From NCBI GenBank assembly GCA_965285935.1, contig OZ260663.1:68572001-68636000 (forward strand): a stretch of DNA of 64,000 nucleotides. Direction: 5' to 3'. Positions 1 through 15,100 of the stretch are shown here, in pieces (within the stretch, counting starts at the first letter, position 1; the number at the start of each line of letters is the position of its first letter). The notes beneath the pieces are model-generated. The model searched no databases and had not been told where the DNA came from. It was given only the letters and a program-made list of their open reading frames with translations. Made by a program: the position numbers and the translations under genes. The stretch is from Ophelia neglecta. Its lineage: Eukaryota.

Positions 1-188
1 TTTTTTACTACGACACTGCAATAAAAACAAAGCATGGAAACTTAAGCGGTTGAATATCTGTACATAGGGCTTCTGAATAATTCTTGCAAGTTTGCAGGTG
101 ATGGTTGATGAAGTAATTAATTAAGCATGAGAACTTAAGTGGTTGAAGGGTAAATATATATAGAATTAATATTAAATGTAGTTTGTAC

Positions 189-3100
189 CTTGAAGAAGAT
201 CTTTTTGAATTCCTCAGCATTAGCCCTCCATTCCTCCTCATTGCGGTGTTTTATCACTCCGTCCATCAACTCCAGTGCTGGTATGATTAGATTCATCTGA
301 AAAATCATATCCTCTGATTAACACGTAATCACATGGAAGTTGTAATAATATATCGCATAATGTATACAGCACAACCTGGGAATTGAGGCAATCAAAAGGA
401 CTGGTCAATACTGGTCTGACTATGGCGGTGGTCTGGTTCTAGAGGTATTTTTTACAGTGTCAAGTTATTGGCCTGAACTGACAGGTGGTCTGAATAAAGA
501 GGCAGTATTGCAGGTTTTACTGCAGCTACAAGAGAATTTATCTTTTTTTCTATATTATAATTATTTATATAGAATCAAATTTTTGTATGATGCTTACTGG
601 TTGGAATATTTGAAAACCTTCTAGAATTAAATAAGACAGGTCATTCTCTATCAGACTTTCTGTTAGATGATGAAACTGTTCACAGGTCCAACTGAGATTT
701 TCAGATTCAGATATAGTACAGCTCGATTTGAGTTTTATGAGAGTAGCAGCTGGGGCAGAGGATATCATCCAAGCACAGATACAGCTGAGTGGATCATGGT
801 CCTGAAAAAGTAAATGTCAAAAGCTAAAAAAATGTATCAAAGGAAATGTTTGCAACACAAAATGTTTTACAATTATGCTATAAATATTATTGCGGCTTAT
901 TGATAACCTCCAACATTTTTTACACCATGATTTATATTGAATCCAAAATATTTCCTAGATGGTCAGAGCTCCTACACATCATTAAATGTTGCCTATGAAA
1001 ATCACTAGGGACCACACTGAGCCAGCACTTCTAACAAACATATGATTTATTTAAAATGCATTTTGGATCGCACAATAGAACAATTTACTTGGGGTAAAAT
1101 GTGGATAATCAATTGGAGGAAAAGATAAATGCAAAATACTTTTAATGACAATTATACACCTATTAACAAACAAAAACTTTACCAGATAGTTTGATGCTAG
1201 AACTGCAAGGGTAGAGTTTCCCTGAAGCACAGCAAGATTGCACAAAGAAGACCAAGGGTTTCTTGATTTTGAACATCTCATCAGGATATCAATTGTATTT
1301 TCTTCCACCCCCATACTGCTAGGGTCTGCCATTACAAGAATGTTTAATTAAGGTTACCATTTATAGAAACATGTACCTTCTTTTACAGATAGTCAGCAAA
1401 CTATATGTTACGAATTGAGCCTTACAGCAAGTTCATATTAATCCTTTGTTTAACAGTTGTAAATGGTGGTATGTTAATGAGCTTACCTGACAGACAGTCA
1501 TAGTCTGTAGGAGACACCTCTCTCTTTACCAAAGAGCAATCAATGATGTACTTAAGGTGTTCCTGGAGTGATTTTCTATTAAAATTGTGAACCAGTGCTC
1601 TGACCTGTATAAAACAATCAAAATGTTGTCTTCATTTGACTAGATCTAAATAAACTTCAAACCTTTATACATGAAGGTATGAACTCATCAATCAATTGTT
1701 ATAAAAAAAAACACACACAAGAAATTTGGTTATCAGAATCTGCCATCACTAATAGAGTTCTTACCATTCCTACCCCACTTCCACTTATATTGTCTTTAGG
1801 GACTAGCCAATAACTTATTTTATATTTTACCAACAAACGTAATGTATATTTTGAAGAAGAACATGAGGATAGTTTAGTACCTGGTCAGATGGCACCTGTG
1901 TGAGTTGAGCGAATGTTAAGAACATGACCCAGTCATCTACGAGAGCACAGTCTACAAGGAACTGGTGACTCATTCTCAGACCATGGTACTGACAAAACAT
2001 CATAGGCAGCAGCCATCTCTGGCCAGCCTCTAAACTCCTCCTGCAGCACATAAAACCTTTTGACATCAGCCATTTTATTCATTGCTGATACAGCCAAACA
2101 TATTCAGTGGTTCCTGCCATGTAGGGCCACCCCTCAATCCCAGGAAAAGTGGCCCTACATTGCAGGTGGCCCTTCATCTGAAGTACTTTTACATGGAAAA
2201 GATAGGACCTGGGAATTCAAAAACTGTCCTGCCATTGCAGGTGGCCCTCCATCGGAGGGGCCCTACATCACAGGGACCACTGTATAGGGAATGTCTAGTT
2301 TAGGGAATGTTTGAATCAAAGTATATGACTGCTTGTCTAATCATTTTTCTAGGTATAATCACAGAATTTTTGGTTGTTGCTAACCACAATGCAATATGAA
2401 CATATCTGTTATAGCCATACTGAGTGAAAGAAAGACTGATCGATGTCAGTCCACCACTTGTGAAAATATATATACTGTATGCAATTTCATACATACACAT
2501 TTAGTCTTCTTTTCTGAATTTCCCATTTGGTGGCTTCCTCAAGAAGGCTGAGGATATCCATTGTAGCTGAGGACTTACTGCTACATACACATCTATGAAC
2601 CAGTTCATATATTTCTTTCACCAGTCTTGCTTCAAACTGGTCACCCTGGGCATCATTCTTCATCATCAAATGTTGATTATATGAGAATATCAGAGCAGCA
2701 ACTTGGCAGTGTAGTTTCTGTACAGTGCTGTCTAGCCCAAACATCTCAATAAATGCTATACAAGCAGACACAACTGTGGATTTGTTAAAATTCTTAAGAG
2801 CCATCCAGTAGGCCAGTGTGGTTTCCCTCTGGATGCTAGGAAGATAAATTATAAACACGTCAAATATAAATAAGTGTAGTTTTGATATACAAGGGGGAGA
2901 ATGGGAAACTTTGAAAACTCTGAAAATAAGTAAATTGAAGAAGATATGTAGCCAGGGGCATGCCCGGGGGGGGGAGGGGGGGTTCAGAGGGGGACAAAAA
3001 ACTCGGAAATCTGCGAATCTGCGGAAAATTCTCATGCTTGGATATTTGATATAAGGAGGACTGCAATGATAGGCATTACCTCTTTATGGTAAGAGATTTA

Positions 3101-6100
3101 ACCCCGGCATGCCACTCTGCCATGAGGAAGACACAGAACGCAAAGGATGGCCGACCATGCTTCAGATAGTAGGTGTAGTCAAGCTCCTCAACATGCCCAT
3201 ATTTAGTAACCAAATATTCCTGGGAAAAGTGGGGCATTTCCTGGGAAATATCTGATGAAAATTTAAAAAAGGTATTCACATGATAAATTCAAACTCCAAT
3301 CCAGGTACAAAATAGTATGTTATGATTATTGTTCCTATGCCTTAAGACAGTCTCCTGTACAAACTTATGTTATTAAACCCGTAATGCTTACATTATTACT
3401 TGGTTAATTTATACTCAATTTATCAATGGGCAATGTTTTGGCAGTTTTTGGAATGGCATGAGTACTATATCATATTATTATAGCAATATCTTAAAATCCG
3501 TCTCCTGGCATACTGCAACTGGCTAGTGTCACTTTCAGTCACCATGGATTATAATTTTATTAGCACAGCAACTGTTATGTATGCATGGTACAGGTCAACT
3601 TGCCTTCTGTGGCCAGTGTGTTACTTTTTTGCCATCCAAAGAGGTTTGCTGGGTCATAGCGTGCATTTCCCTAAAAACAGATAAATGACATGTTTTACAT
3701 TCACCATTAAACAAAAAAACCAAATATTTTAATGGCCTCTGCCCTGTTGATTCACATTGCAATCAACTTTATCTCCATTTGAACAACCACCCCACCCCAA
3801 CTTTAAATTATTCCTTCTCCAAAGCCTGTGAATAGTGCACTGTTCCTAATTGTATGATGTAACTAGTAATGTATGTGGAAACTCAAAACTCTAGTTAACC
3901 ATTCAGTATTAAAAAATCATTAACAAATTAATTATTTGTTTTTCAAACTTGTGCTCAAGCCAGTAGGCTATTTGCATTGCTTTATATAATTCAGATAGTG
4001 CCACCAGTGACTGCTTTAGGAAAATTTAATGTGCCGTTAACTTGTACTTTAATAGTTAGTAGTACAGTGTGGACTGAAGTGGACAGGACAGAACAAAATT
4101 AATTTGACATATGCCAGGTGTTAAATTATTTAGTTGAGCTCACATAAATATTGTAGATTTCCCAATATGTTATGAATCAAAAATAATATTAAATTTCAAG
4201 TTTATTGTTGCATGACAGTATAATTGTACAAATAGCAGTAGATATATACAATCGATATACATGGATATACAGTGGTCCCTGCGATGTAGGGCCACCCCTA
4301 TATCCAAGGAAAAGTGGCCCTACATTGCAGGTGGCCCTTCATCAGAGGTACTTTAAAATGGAAAAGATAGGACATGGGAAGCTGTCCTGCCATCGCAGGT
4401 GGCCCTTCATCGGAGGGGCCCTACATTGCAGGGACCACTGTACATGTATATCCTACATTTGATCATAATTTTGTTCACATCAAAGACTCACATATTATTT
4501 TCAGTGCACCTACAATAGGCCTTATCTTAATGTGTGTTGACTCGACTGACCTGCAGTAGTTGATACACATTGATATCCTGGGTGGGGAGGAGCTGAGTGG
4601 AGGGACGTACAAACAGAGCATGGTAAAGTTGGGGTAAGGTGTTCTTCAAAGCAACACCCTTACCACTACTAATAAACTGAAGTAGACAAAACAGATAGAA
4701 TTCATGATTAAGATGGGAATGATCATGTCTTATTGTAAGTCATATGTATATACAGGTATAAATAAGATTTTTTTTGGTGGGGAGAGAGAGAGAGAGACTA
4801 ATCTTTATTAATACCCCACAGTCCCCAGTTCTCCAGTACCAGTACAGCTTTTTCATATACCCCCTCTACCCAGTACAGAATTACCCCAACCCTGTGATTA
4901 CCACCCACCTTACTTTTTATTTCAACCATTTCAACCCCCCACCATGATATAGTGTAAACAGTACAAAAACAAAAACTTATCCCCTTTTGACACTCATATC
5001 CCCCCCCCCAATAATCAAGATGGGAAACTTACCCCCCCCCCCCCCATAAAGTTGTTCAGGCCCATTGTTAGTAAAATAAATATGTTTAAAAACAAGTGCG
5101 TAGAAATAATTGAATTAAAGATCTCCCCAACAAGTGATTGAATATGCTGTGTTCCAAACTATTTTTGATTTACCGTGTTTCCACAGAGAATAAGTTTACC
5201 TGGTCTAGCCGTTCAGGAGCAAACATCAATGTGGCCAGAGATCTGCCGAGGAGAGCCCGATCAACCATATCCATGACAGAGCTGGGAGTCCCCTGCAGAA
5301 AGTGTTCTGCGGACAGACTAGCCTCAAATACAGTGTGAGGATCTGAAATATCACAGCATTAGCCAGCTGAACATAGGCTTCATTTTATTCAAAGCTCATT
5401 GAGTAGCAATTGACAACAAAAAGAAGCTGCAGCCTTCTAAATTAAATTGCTAATTCACATTTTGCAGCAAGAAAGTAAGTGTTACTATAATGGGTGTGGA
5501 ATTTTTCTTGACAAAGATTTGGACATTGGTGAATTTAATACAGAATAGTATTGTCAATTTGGATTTTTACCTTCACACATTCTTTCAATATCTACTGTAT
5601 TTTCTGCATTTGCATAATAACATGTTCAAAACTGTCAAAATATGCTAAAACTAGTGTATGACATGGTTGAGTTCTTACTCTGGAGCTGTTGAGATGCTTG
5701 TCTGAAATGTAGCAGCATGTCTACCCATGGAGGCAGGTCAGTCTGGGCCATCCCCACCTCTCCAAGGTCAAACTCACCACAGCCAATACTGTGAACACAC
5801 ATTGATAAAAGTTACAGTTCATTGGCACTGAACATCTCCCCAAGGGATTTGAGACAGCTGTACACATAAAGGCATGTTACCTGATGGGTTAGTAACTCAT
5901 TCACTGCTGATTATAGGACATTTTGTAAGAGATATCTTGTCAACTGCAGTGAATGATCATGTAAAGATGAATACTGAAATACATGTTGAGTTTGTGTTTT
6001 TATTTTCTCACCTCCAGAAGGTGATGTAGTAGTAGAGTAGTTCTGGCAGGTGATGGTCTATACAGTATTGTATAACAAACTTATGTATACACATCAAAGT

Positions 6101-9100
6101 AAGGGGGTGAGTATTGGGACGCATCTCCACCAGGTGGGGACTCTGAACCAGACTTTGTATCCTGGACAGCCTGTGCACTACTAGCATGGGATCACAGTAC
6201 TCTGCTGGTGAAAATACACCTCTCCTGCAAAACAAGTGGAGCAATTTCTGCATCGAAACATTGTACTAGTTTCAGAACAAATTGACCTGATAACTGTCAT
6301 ATCACATCGTCAAAGGCGACCTTGCATTTATAAATCTCCAGGCACAATTAATTAAGGTGACCATTGAAATATCCCTTAAACAAATTAAAGTTCAAACAGA
6401 TTTGCTTTTTATTCCTTTTTACATACCACAGGGATTGGTATTATATTTTACATGGATATTAAGTTCATAATTGTTGCCTCACTGAATAACAATTAAACAT
6501 TTCATTAATTTTCTATGCTTTTTGCTTCATGATTCTAGCCATGTAACTTTACCTAGCCAGTTCATCCAAAATGACATTTTCAATATATTTTGTAGTGTTT
6601 CCATGGATATAGTTCAGCATTTCCTCATTTATTGGCTGGTTGTATGGCCATGGCTGGCTGATTGTAAGCTCAACGCCTGGCAAGGGAAACTGTATGTCTA
6701 TCCACTGAAGAAGGCGATGACTGTCTAAATAACAGCAGAGATACTGCCACACAATTGATGTACAACAAGAATCCATTTGAGCTGGCTCTGAAACATATAC
6801 AAATTGTGTACATAAAACTCCACTCATTGAACATACACTGACTACTAGTATCTGAAACATCATAATGAAATTTCGATTGAAAAATAATATTGGCCACACA
6901 TAAGAAAATACAAATTTAAGTAAAATTTAAACACAAAATCTTGCAGTACACTTATGATAATTTGGTTAATAGACTTGCCAGAAGTTATCATCAGTGTATA
7001 ATCTCTGTTAAGTGAAGATCATAACCATTAAATTTGTTTGAATGCTTAAACCCATAATTATAGTTTAAGGATATTATTTTTACCATTTCTATACAAGAGC
7101 TGGTCTAAAAGGATGCCAATCCTGTGTTCCTCAGTAAAGTGTTGTATCCAGTCAAACAAAGTGTGTGAATAAAAAGCAGTCTCAGAGTTCATACTATCAA
7201 TGGCATGAATGTCACCACAATTTTTCTGAGGTTGAAAATGGTCGGATGGCTTTTCCATGGATTCTTTCATGTCAAGGGTACCCTCCCATGTACTAGCAAA
7301 TAAGCACATTCATTGAACTTTATTGCATCTCTTGAATTCTTAAATTCTTAAATTTCAACAAGATGTATAAATGATTATTACAGAAGTTATAGGTCAGTAT
7401 TAGAATAACTTATATATAAAAGTAAATTCATTAAATGCAAAATTAGTGTTCCTACATCTCCTGCCCTTCTGTTCTGAGAACTTTTGCCACCTCGAACGAT
7501 GGACATGAGTAGAGGCTTTCCATCTGATGTAGGAAGCCTGCCATTGTTATCTCAGTGTCTGAGAGTTCATTCCTCTGCCGTAGCTCAGTCAGCAGGTAAT
7601 CTCGTAAGGAGTGGTCAGGGGTGAAGAAACACAGCTGGCGCAGTTTGTAGGCCGCATCAAAACCCTAAAACAGGTGCCACAGTTATTGGCTGTTAACATG
7701 TTCTAATGGAAGTGGTCAACAGCAAATATCATAACTATAAAACAATTGTAAAATGTGGCACAAAAACCATTGGCAGGTCTAAATCATACCGCCATTTCAT
7801 TCAAACAGGTTTGTTCAATACTGAAAGTGCAGGCACTAGATGACAAACTAAAATGGACAAGTAATAATCAAGAAAATAAAAAGAATTAAGATTATTAATT
7901 TGCTTTACAAGAATTTAGATTATTAAAGAGTCATACCATATTTCTGAACATGTGATCGGCACTATCCATGTCTCTCTTTTGTAGAAAGGACAATACTCCC
8001 TCCAATCCAATGTCAAGGACATTTGTAAGTTGAGCACATGGTTTTCCCCACCGTTGACATAGATAGGGCTGAAGCTGGAGCAGGCACCCATTCAGTAAAC
8101 CATCAATGATTATTTCCTAAAAAATATATACATGCAACATTTATACAAACATGACATAGTATTGTAGCTATAACCTTGTTGTGTATAAATGTCTAATTCT
8201 TGCCACTTTCAATCAATAAAAAGTTGAAAACAAATTCATATATCTGACTTCTGCTTGTATATGTGCACATGTTAACAAACTATCTACCGGGTAAGCTAAA
8301 TTTCAAAAGAAAATGACTGCTTGAAATTAACATAGAAAACTAGATAGTAGTCGATGTGGATCGAAGTCGACTTGAACAGTCAAGCGACGCCTAGCGGCGT
8401 CGCTTGGATGCCTCCGCCAAGATGTGTATTAGCGGATGAAAGATTAGGGGAAAATTGGTCAGAAGCAGATGTAGTGCTGAAAAGACTTCGCGCGACATAC
8501 AAACCTCACCTGATGAATCATGGTGGCCATCTTGTTTTTCCGATCGGTCTGAAGACAACATGAACAAAAATAAACCGAAGGTGAAATCTCACCCTGTAAA
8601 GCTTCCACAAGACCCCCCATTAATGCACTTTTTAATTATTGCCCTGGCAGCCATTTTTTTTCCGATCTTGCCCAAAACCTTTTCAGCACACTGCCAATGA
8701 TGACTTCTGTGAAGTTTCATAATAATCCCTGCATCCGTTCGAGAGATTTCGCCCGACATACGAACCTTACCTGATGAGTCGTGGCGGCCATCTTGATCGG
8801 TCCGAAAACTATATGAAATGATCCTCTGCTTGCCATATCAAGCTTCCATGAAGACACAAGCGAATTCCTCAGAGCCCTGAATAGTTATACCAATTCAATA
8901 TGCCTATCTCTCACCGTTAAGATTTGACCTTGAAAAAAAAAACCAAGGTGAAATTCAAGGTCACCACTGGATTCCTTGTATATGATTTCCTATTAGTGTT
9001 CAATACATAATATGTGCCTATCTCTACCCATTAAGCTTCCACAAGACCCCCCGTTAATGCATTTTTTAGTTATTGCCCTGGCGGCCATCTTGTTTTTACG

Positions 9101-12100
9101 ATCTTGCCCAAAACCTTTTCAGCACACCGCAATCTCCCATTTATGACTTCTGTGAAGTTTCGGAATAATCCTTGCATCCGTTCGAGAGATTTCGCCCGAC
9201 ATACGAACCTTACCTGATGAGACGTGGCGGCCATCTTATTTTTCCGATCGGTCCGAAAACAATATGAAATGATCCCCTGCTAGCCATAACAAACTTCCAT
9301 GAAGCCACAAGTGTATTTCTCCAATCCCTGAGGAGTTATAGCGGTTCAAAGTGGCACAGGACGGTCGGACGGTCGGTCGGTCGGTCGGTCGGACGGTCGG
9401 TCGGTCGGTCGGTCGGACGGTCGGACGGTCGGACGGTCGGACGGTCGGACGGACGGACGGACAACCCGACTACATAATACCTCCGGACCCTTCGGGGCGG
9501 AGGCATAAAAACAACATTTATTGTACCAAAGCTTTTTTGAACCAAATGGCTGTGTAAGGAAACAGGAAATATTAGAGTTTAAAGCCAAACCTTTTCCTCC
9601 TTAGAATCCCATCCAGTTGTATTCATGCCATCACACACTAGCTCATTGTTTCCTGCACAATCCCCAGTATTTTGGCCGAGTTCTTCTCTGTACTGCCCAG
9701 ATCTTCTATGGATATTATGCTCCTTTTGTTCCAAAAGTATCTTGTGTAATTCTCCAATGTAGTTGGTTAATTTACCCAACATTTTACTAGCTTCCAAAAA
9801 TTGCCTTTCCGAGATTTCTTCTTCTTCATGGGAGGTGGTAAATTTGTTGACAATATTTTTGGTGACTCTATGTAGGTAATCCAAAGTTATCTGCAGCAAT
9901 TGCTCTGCAAAGTTTCTGGACTGAGCATCTCTGAAATTATCCTGTATACTTTTTTGCAGCATTTCTAATGCCATGTCCAAGTGTTCTGGGCTGCCTCGTG
10001 TTTTGGTTTGTGTCTCCTTTCCTTCCTCAGTCTCAAAACTTTGAAGCGTGAAACCTGAAATAAACATTTCCAAATAATGACAACTGTTAAGTTGGCATGA
10101 GAAAACCAAAAGAAGAATAAACCCTGTATTCCCTTAAACTATGATAACTATAACATGGATATATACATAGATGTATTGATTTTTTTAAACCTTAAGGAAA
10201 CTTTGGTCCTTGGAATATGGTGCTATGGTTTATGAATGAAGGTTTGGCTTTGGAAAAGTTTATCTTTACTATGGTTTACGTGTTTAAAAAATTTGTTATA
10301 CAAATTATCTCAAAAAGAGCTTTACTATTTTCTCTGCTTTTGAGAAAGAATGAGACAGTATCAAGTTGTCTGTGTTTGAGTCCTATTTCCAGGGCATGTA
10401 GAGGTATGGAGCAACGGTCCCACTGGTTGATATGACACAACTGGTCAGCAGTGTGTGCAGCCTCATACAACATCAACTGAAACACAAATCATTAATAAAC
10501 AACTACCACATAATAAATAAATAAAAGTAGTGGCCATAATGCCCACATATAAAATAATTTTAGCAACAGAGAATTATCTACATTCTTCTTTAGCAGTTTC
10601 ATTTTGGTAAGGCAAATCTTGCAGTTATCCCAAATTTAATGAAATATATTCATATTTTACTATAAAAATTAATTGGAAAATAATCATTACCGATAACTTT
10701 GTACCAGTAAAGTAATAACTGGTAATATTTATATTTCTTGTGTTTTTGTGATCAGAGAAGAGCAGCATGGTACATATCCTGTATACTAAATGAGATTGGC
10801 ACTGTACTTACCCTATATATTAGATGAGAATGGCACTGGGGAATGGCACTGTACTTACCCTGTATACTAGATGAGAGAGGCACTGTACTTACCCTGTATA
10901 TTAGATGAGCGTGGCACTGTACTTACCCTGTTTACTAGATGAGAATGGCACTGTACTTACCCTGTATATTAGATGAGAATGGCACTGTACTTACCCTGTA
11001 TATTAGATGAGAGTGGCACTGTACTAACCCTGTATATTAGATGAGAATGGCACTGTACTTATCCTGCATATTAGATGAGAGAGGCACTGTACTTACCCTG
11101 TATACTAGATGTTCCTGCTTCACACCTACTGCCAAACAATGTAGACCATGATTTGTTACCACCAACGGTGAGTAGCCATGTGACTTGTGAAGAAATAAGG
11201 CACCATTTGTAGGAAGACTGTAGACAAGAATGGGAATTAACAGCAAGCAATTTGTGTGTACCTGTCCATTCACTTCTTAATATATATATACGGGATTACT
11301 GAAGACAATGAAAAAAAGATGTATTGGCTTGTAAAGGCCTGATGCACCAGGCAATCAAAGTCCACACAAGCAATGACAAAACATTTAAAAACATTATTAT
11401 GATACAACACACCCTATTTCAGTCTGGAGAACTTTTTGTCAAACTGTTTACTAGGAGTTAATCAAATATTTTTGTACATGGCACATGCCTTGATCCCTAG
11501 CTGGGCCTCTGCCACAAATAACACAATTTTTACCCACAAACACTTATTATTCTCATACAGGGCCGTAGGAAGGTATTTTAAAGTGGTGCGGCTGATCCCA
11601 TATCACCACGAGCGTGAGTAAATAAAGTGCGCCCCAGAGAACCCCCCCCCCCTCAGCAAAATTTAGGCTTGATTTGGACAAAAAGTGGTGCGGTCATGGC
11701 CGGTAGAGCCGCTATGGTTCCTACGGCCCTGTCATACTGCAGATTTTATTTAATTTAAGCCTCAAAATGTGGAATGTATTAATCTATATACACTAGATGT
11801 GAGTATCAGTAAACTTTACCTAAAAGTAGTAAATGTCCCATGAACTAAATCCACTAGTAGGCCTTGGTTTTCCTCTGTTTTCATATTCTTATATGTGATA
11901 TATACTTTATCATGTGTGCACACCATCTGACTGCATGCAACTACAGTTTGAGAAACATCACCTCCATCTCCAATTTGAAACAGTGTCCGATCTTTGGTTC
12001 TCAAAATAGAGCTTGTTGGGTTGGATGCTTTTCCGCAAAACCCAGTAATTCTACGTCTACCTTGCTTACAAACAGGAAGTACTTTCTCTTGTGAAATCTC

Positions 12101-15100
12101 TTTTTCAGTTAACATGGTTGTAGTATTCTGGCATTGAGGTATGACAAGCAAACATCCACTAGGGTAGAGAATGATGACATGTGACAGTGATTTTGTGACA
12201 GTCATATCACTTGGTGTCACATCCTGTAGTGACTTTGTTTGGTCGGATGTTGAAAATTCACACAGTCCTAATTCTGTCTGCCACACTATGTTTCCACTGT
12301 GTACTTCCCATATGGCTGTTTATAGGTTAAGGCGTAGCTCTAGGTATCATGATCCAAATTATAAACCATTTACTTTATGAAACATCCACTTTTTTATTAC
12401 ATACATTTAAGTGCTACTTCCTCAAAATAATAAGACAGTGCATGTATCATGATCCAGTGAAAACAACAAAGTATATACAGTGAAACCTGTGAATTAAGAC
12501 CACCCAAGGGACTGGAAAATACTGGTCTGATTTCAGAGGTGATCTGTTTAGATACGTTGTTTAACATTGAAAGTATACATCACAGTCTTCATATTAGTGG
12601 TCTGAATTGACAGGTGGTCTGATTATAGAAGTGGTCTTTAAGGCAGGTTTCACTGTAATCATATAAATATTCTGTTGGTATAATACTCCTTCAAATTATT
12701 TCTACTTTAAGTGAAAGCAGCATTAAATGTTATTGGCATTTATTCTTATCATATAAACATTTTTTTCTTATTTTTGTTTGCAAGTTAAAAGGATACTGAG
12801 ACATTTGTTTCTGTCCAAAGTCAAAAGGTGATCACACACATGCCGGACCATTTGGACAGAGCTACCAAAGTTGAAGACATTCTCCAAGTTAATCCCATGG
12901 CTGCTGAAAGTAAGTTTTATGACATCTGATCCATGGTACACAAGTGCCGAGGGAACAAGACTTCCAGGATTTATGTTGTAGATGAGGAAATGAATAACAC
13001 CTTCAGTGCCTGAAAATAAAAATATAATCACAGCCCCTAAATTGACATGCCACTTAAAAATACATTCTCAGCAATTAACCAGCTCTTTGGCACATTTTAT
13101 CCCAGAAAGACTTTTTTTGAACATTTTTATTAAGATTAGGCCTATTTAAAATTTTAATGAAATTACTGAACAGATTTTAAAGTCTAACTCACATAGTTGA
13201 TCCTTCCCATGTGAAGGTCTGATGACATTTCCATCATGTTTGGTCACCTGTTGCAGGCAAAGGAGGCAAGACCCATTGTTTTGAACCTTGTATGTTGAAA
13301 TACTATTTGAATCATCTGTGATCACAAACGCTGGCCCCCCACTTCCTTCAATCCATGCAAAACTGTCAGGAAATGATAATTAAACATAATTCGAGATTTC
13401 AATATCCCCTGCCTTCATTATTTAAATAACCACCAATCCCAATCAATGTAAAAGCTCTCCAGCGATATATAAATTAGGAACACTAGCTGGAGAGCACCAG
13501 GTTGGTTAGCAAAATTCTGCCTTAATATAAGTGATTGAAGCATTGGGCTGTATATTACTTATACTCTGGACTGGACAGACAACCAATTTTCCTATAAGTT
13601 AATGCCCAATTTTCAAAAGTAGTGATTAACTAATCTTTGCTATTAGCAATACAATGTACTCAAAATTAATATTAGTGGAAAGAAAGAGAGACTAAAATAC
13701 CACAGCACAATCCTGAAAGTTAGTGTAAGGCAATCATTTTTTTAAATGTTGGTTGACAAGACCGCCCTTGTCAATTTAATTGGAAATTGGAATAAAGAAT
13801 TAAGAGGAATTTGCCAATTTTGTTTTTCATGCACAGGAAAAAAATCTCAGAACATATACTTTTACCTTTCCCATTTTATTGTTCAGTTTTGAGACTGCAT
13901 ACTACCACTTTTCACAAGTTCCTGTACCATGATTATTTTGTCCTTGGTTAAATAAATTCCATTTTATTAAGCATAGAGAAAAGAGTATGGTGCGATTCCA
14001 ATGGTGTTGTCACATTTACCATACATTTTCAAGATAAAATATAAAAAATGACAAAAACACCCATAAGGTGTTTCTAAACACCTTATTGAAAAGGGCTAGA
14101 ATAGCTGTAATGGACAAAATTTCATGTATAAATAAACCAAACAGTCATGTTTGTTTTTCGATAATATTTATATACAAATTTCAAGATCAGTGTTCATAAT
14201 GGGATTTGCTGTCATTGTAATGATTGGCAAGTTTTGTTATATTATATTTGTGAGTTCACAATTTATAGGTAAATCTACCAGATTTTTAAGAAATATTAAG
14301 TGAATGTATTTAATAATTAGCCTCATTTCAACAATAACAAATTAAGATATTTATTTATATATGAGTTGCTGGAAGTAGGTTTGTATACGCAGCTGAGCTA
14401 GAAATTTTCATGTTTTTCTGGTGAGAAATGAGTGGTTTTTAGGGACTTGGTTTGATTGGTGTAGTAAAATAGTTCTATGTGAAAGCCTATATTTGCTTGA
14501 TAGCACAATTATGCAAGAAGCTTGTTTGCCCTTGCTTGAATAACAGGTAGTTTTGCATATAAAGGTGGGTATATTGCGTATATTTTTAATGCCACTCCAC
14601 TATAATGCCACTCCACTACACAAGCAGCATTTTGGGATCTCATCAGGTCCCCGATATATCTTACCTTGGCTGTGTTTTTCAGCTGCTTTAACAAATTACA
14701 CCTTTAAATAAATAACACTTACAATTATTTTGAACCCGGCATTGGTTTTATTCCATTTTAAGCATTTGTTGAATCCCTTCCGGCCTACCTCCTGTAATTT
14801 TTGGCAAATATTAATGGTAACATGAAAGGCTTTATTTTAAAGGTCTTGGGCAATTTATTTATTCCCAGAAGTAGCAAAGGCAACCAAAAATTATGGCTGA
14901 AGTAAGGCCAAAAAAAAAAAAAATTATGTTTCCGGTCGCCCGACCCTACCTAGCAAAAGGTGCCCGGTCCTAAAATTTTTATGAGCATCTTAAAAAAAAT
15001 TAACAATTCTCGCCAAAGTCAAAGAAACATCGTCCCTCGCCGTCCCCTAGAAATTTCATTCTCGCGACTTACTCCAGTTGTCTCTAGTAGCGGCACGCGG

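Noticed and set aside
2060-4559. Similar short + strand ORFs (IAGGPSSE / PTLQVALH) at 2060-2303 and 4205-4559
   Set aside because: Two copies of the same non-coding MITE, not paralogous genes.
9336-9588. PTDR/SVGR repeat ORFs
   Set aside because: Translations of the tetranucleotide microsatellite in the Helentron-type element.
11218-11298. Upstream acceptor TTCAG at ~11299 for the fifth SPG11 coding exon
   Set aside because: It introduces an in-frame TAA. The acceptor at 11218 keeps the frame open.
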